DNA from: a virus
Taxonomy: Duplodnaviria > Caudoviricetes
IMG/VR virus record: IMGVR_UViG_3300029288_000002
Span: 101,308-165,307 of that record
DNA length: 64,000 bases
Direction: 5' to 3' (one strand)
Part shown: positions 63,212 to 64,000 of the stretch, piece by piece
Layout of the letters: each line of letters begins with the position of its first letter
Numbering within the stretch: the stretch's first letter is position 1
Position numbers and translations under genes: made by a program
The notes under the pieces: model-generated
What the model was told of the DNA's origin: nothing
Databases searched by the model: none
Seen by the model: only the letters and a program-made list of their open reading frames with translations

Positions 63212-63598
63212 TTAATACAATTCGTGTGATACTCCCAAAGAATCTTTAAACATTAGCTTTTCTGTAGTAGAATCAATATATAACGAACCGTTATATGCTT
63301 CACTACCACTCACTTTACCAGGAAGAAAGCATCCGTTATATTTCCAAGAAGAGACTACCCAAGTAGTAGGAGAAGGTGATTGTACTTCAAAAGCATTCCC
63401 GTTTACCCCCGATGGTTGTCTGCCAACATAACTTGGCATAATAACTTGTCCGCCCTGAGCGAGAAAACCAATTAGATTACCGTTCATATCCCATAAATTA
63501 ATAGTGTTTGCGTTTTGGTCATCCGCTTCAGTAATTTCAATTGAAGAAGTATCTTCTGCAGGATGAACCTTTAAAGTATTTGAAAAAGTTGTTGACAT
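63212..63598 (-). CDS. putative structural protein
   Basis: NGSLYIDSTT.KL.FKD..G...LY tail-associated-like C-terminus. Confidence 0.5.
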   Translation of the reverse strand: MSTTFSNTLKVHPAEDTSSIEITEADDQNANTINLWDMNGNLIGFLAQGGQVIMPSYVGRQPSGVNGNAFEVQSPSPTTWVVSSWKYNGCFLPGKVSGSEAYNGSLYIDSTTEKLMFKDSLGVSHELY

Positions 63599-63625
63599 TT
63601 GTTTTTAATCTCCTTTTAGTTTTAA

Positions 63626-63907
63626 TTAATATGTAGTACGAATGAGTTCAAGGGTTGTTCTGTTTCCGCTATTTACAACTGCTAATATTAGTCCTATTGC
63701 ATATAGCGCATCGTTTATTTGAGTAGCAGTAATGCCATCATTAGAGCCAATCATATCGTTGTCATCCAACGCTGTACCTCCCGAAGCCAAGCCTAAAGCA
63801 GTGTATGATACATTTATTCCTGATAACCTATCTGCTGTTACCAATAATTCAGTTACAGAATCGCGCAATATATTAACAATATCGCTTATTTGTGTTTGAG
63901 TTGCCAT
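63626..63907 (-). CDS. hypothetical, probably virion-associated protein
   Basis: RBS AGGAG; minus-strand operon. Confidence 0.55.
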   Translation of the reverse strand: MATQTQISDIVNILRDSVTELLVTADRLSGINVSYTALGLASGGTALDDNDMIGSNDGITATQINDALYAIGLILAVVNSGNRTTLELIRTTY

Positions 63908-64000
63908 ATTTTATCTCCTATATAATTCCTAATTAGTTTCAATCCACCCTCGCAATATTACATTACATGCGCCAGCATCTACATAGCTAATACACCCGAT

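Overview
AT-rich segment of a large tailed dsDNA phage or prophage, genetic code 11. From 1 to 62.3 kb almost every gene is on the + strand, in short transcription units led by near-consensus sigma70 promoters (CTTGACAA-N~17-TATAMT). A bidirectional terminator at ~62.35 kb separates this arm from convergent minus-strand, probably virion/tail genes. Recognisable core genes: a split DRB0094-type RNA ligase interrupted by a LAGLIDADG endonuclease, ThyX, an AAA/Sak4-like ATPase, SSB, DnaB helicase, primase, a RecB/Cas4-like exonuclease, family B DNA polymerase, beta clamp (DnaN), thioredoxin, class II RNR (NrdJ) with a 130-aa mini-intein, and dUTPase. There are two tRNA clusters and seven DNA methyltransferase genes, two of them disrupted and two paired with restriction-endonuclease-like genes. 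SSB and DnaN look Anaerolineae (Chloroflexota)-like by recall, which hints at the host. Most unusual elements: (1) a radical SAM/SPASM gene surrounded by four otherwise unrelated proteins sharing an N-terminal MKxRxxFVSNSSS(S/T)SF leader; (2) eight dispersed two-gene cassettes, each a small partner protein translationally coupled to a PD-(D/E)XK nuclease, with partner type tracking nuclease subtype; (3) a coiled-coil gene followed by a ~430-nt structured non-coding segment with a 7-nt tandem repeat array; (4) a ~100-bp dispersed DNA element with fixed internal spacing, present four times; (5) TARAA-N6-TTTTA sites at gene boundaries; (6) a stop codon at the exact centre of a 27-bp palindrome. 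Family assignments come from motif recognition by eye; no database searches were run.
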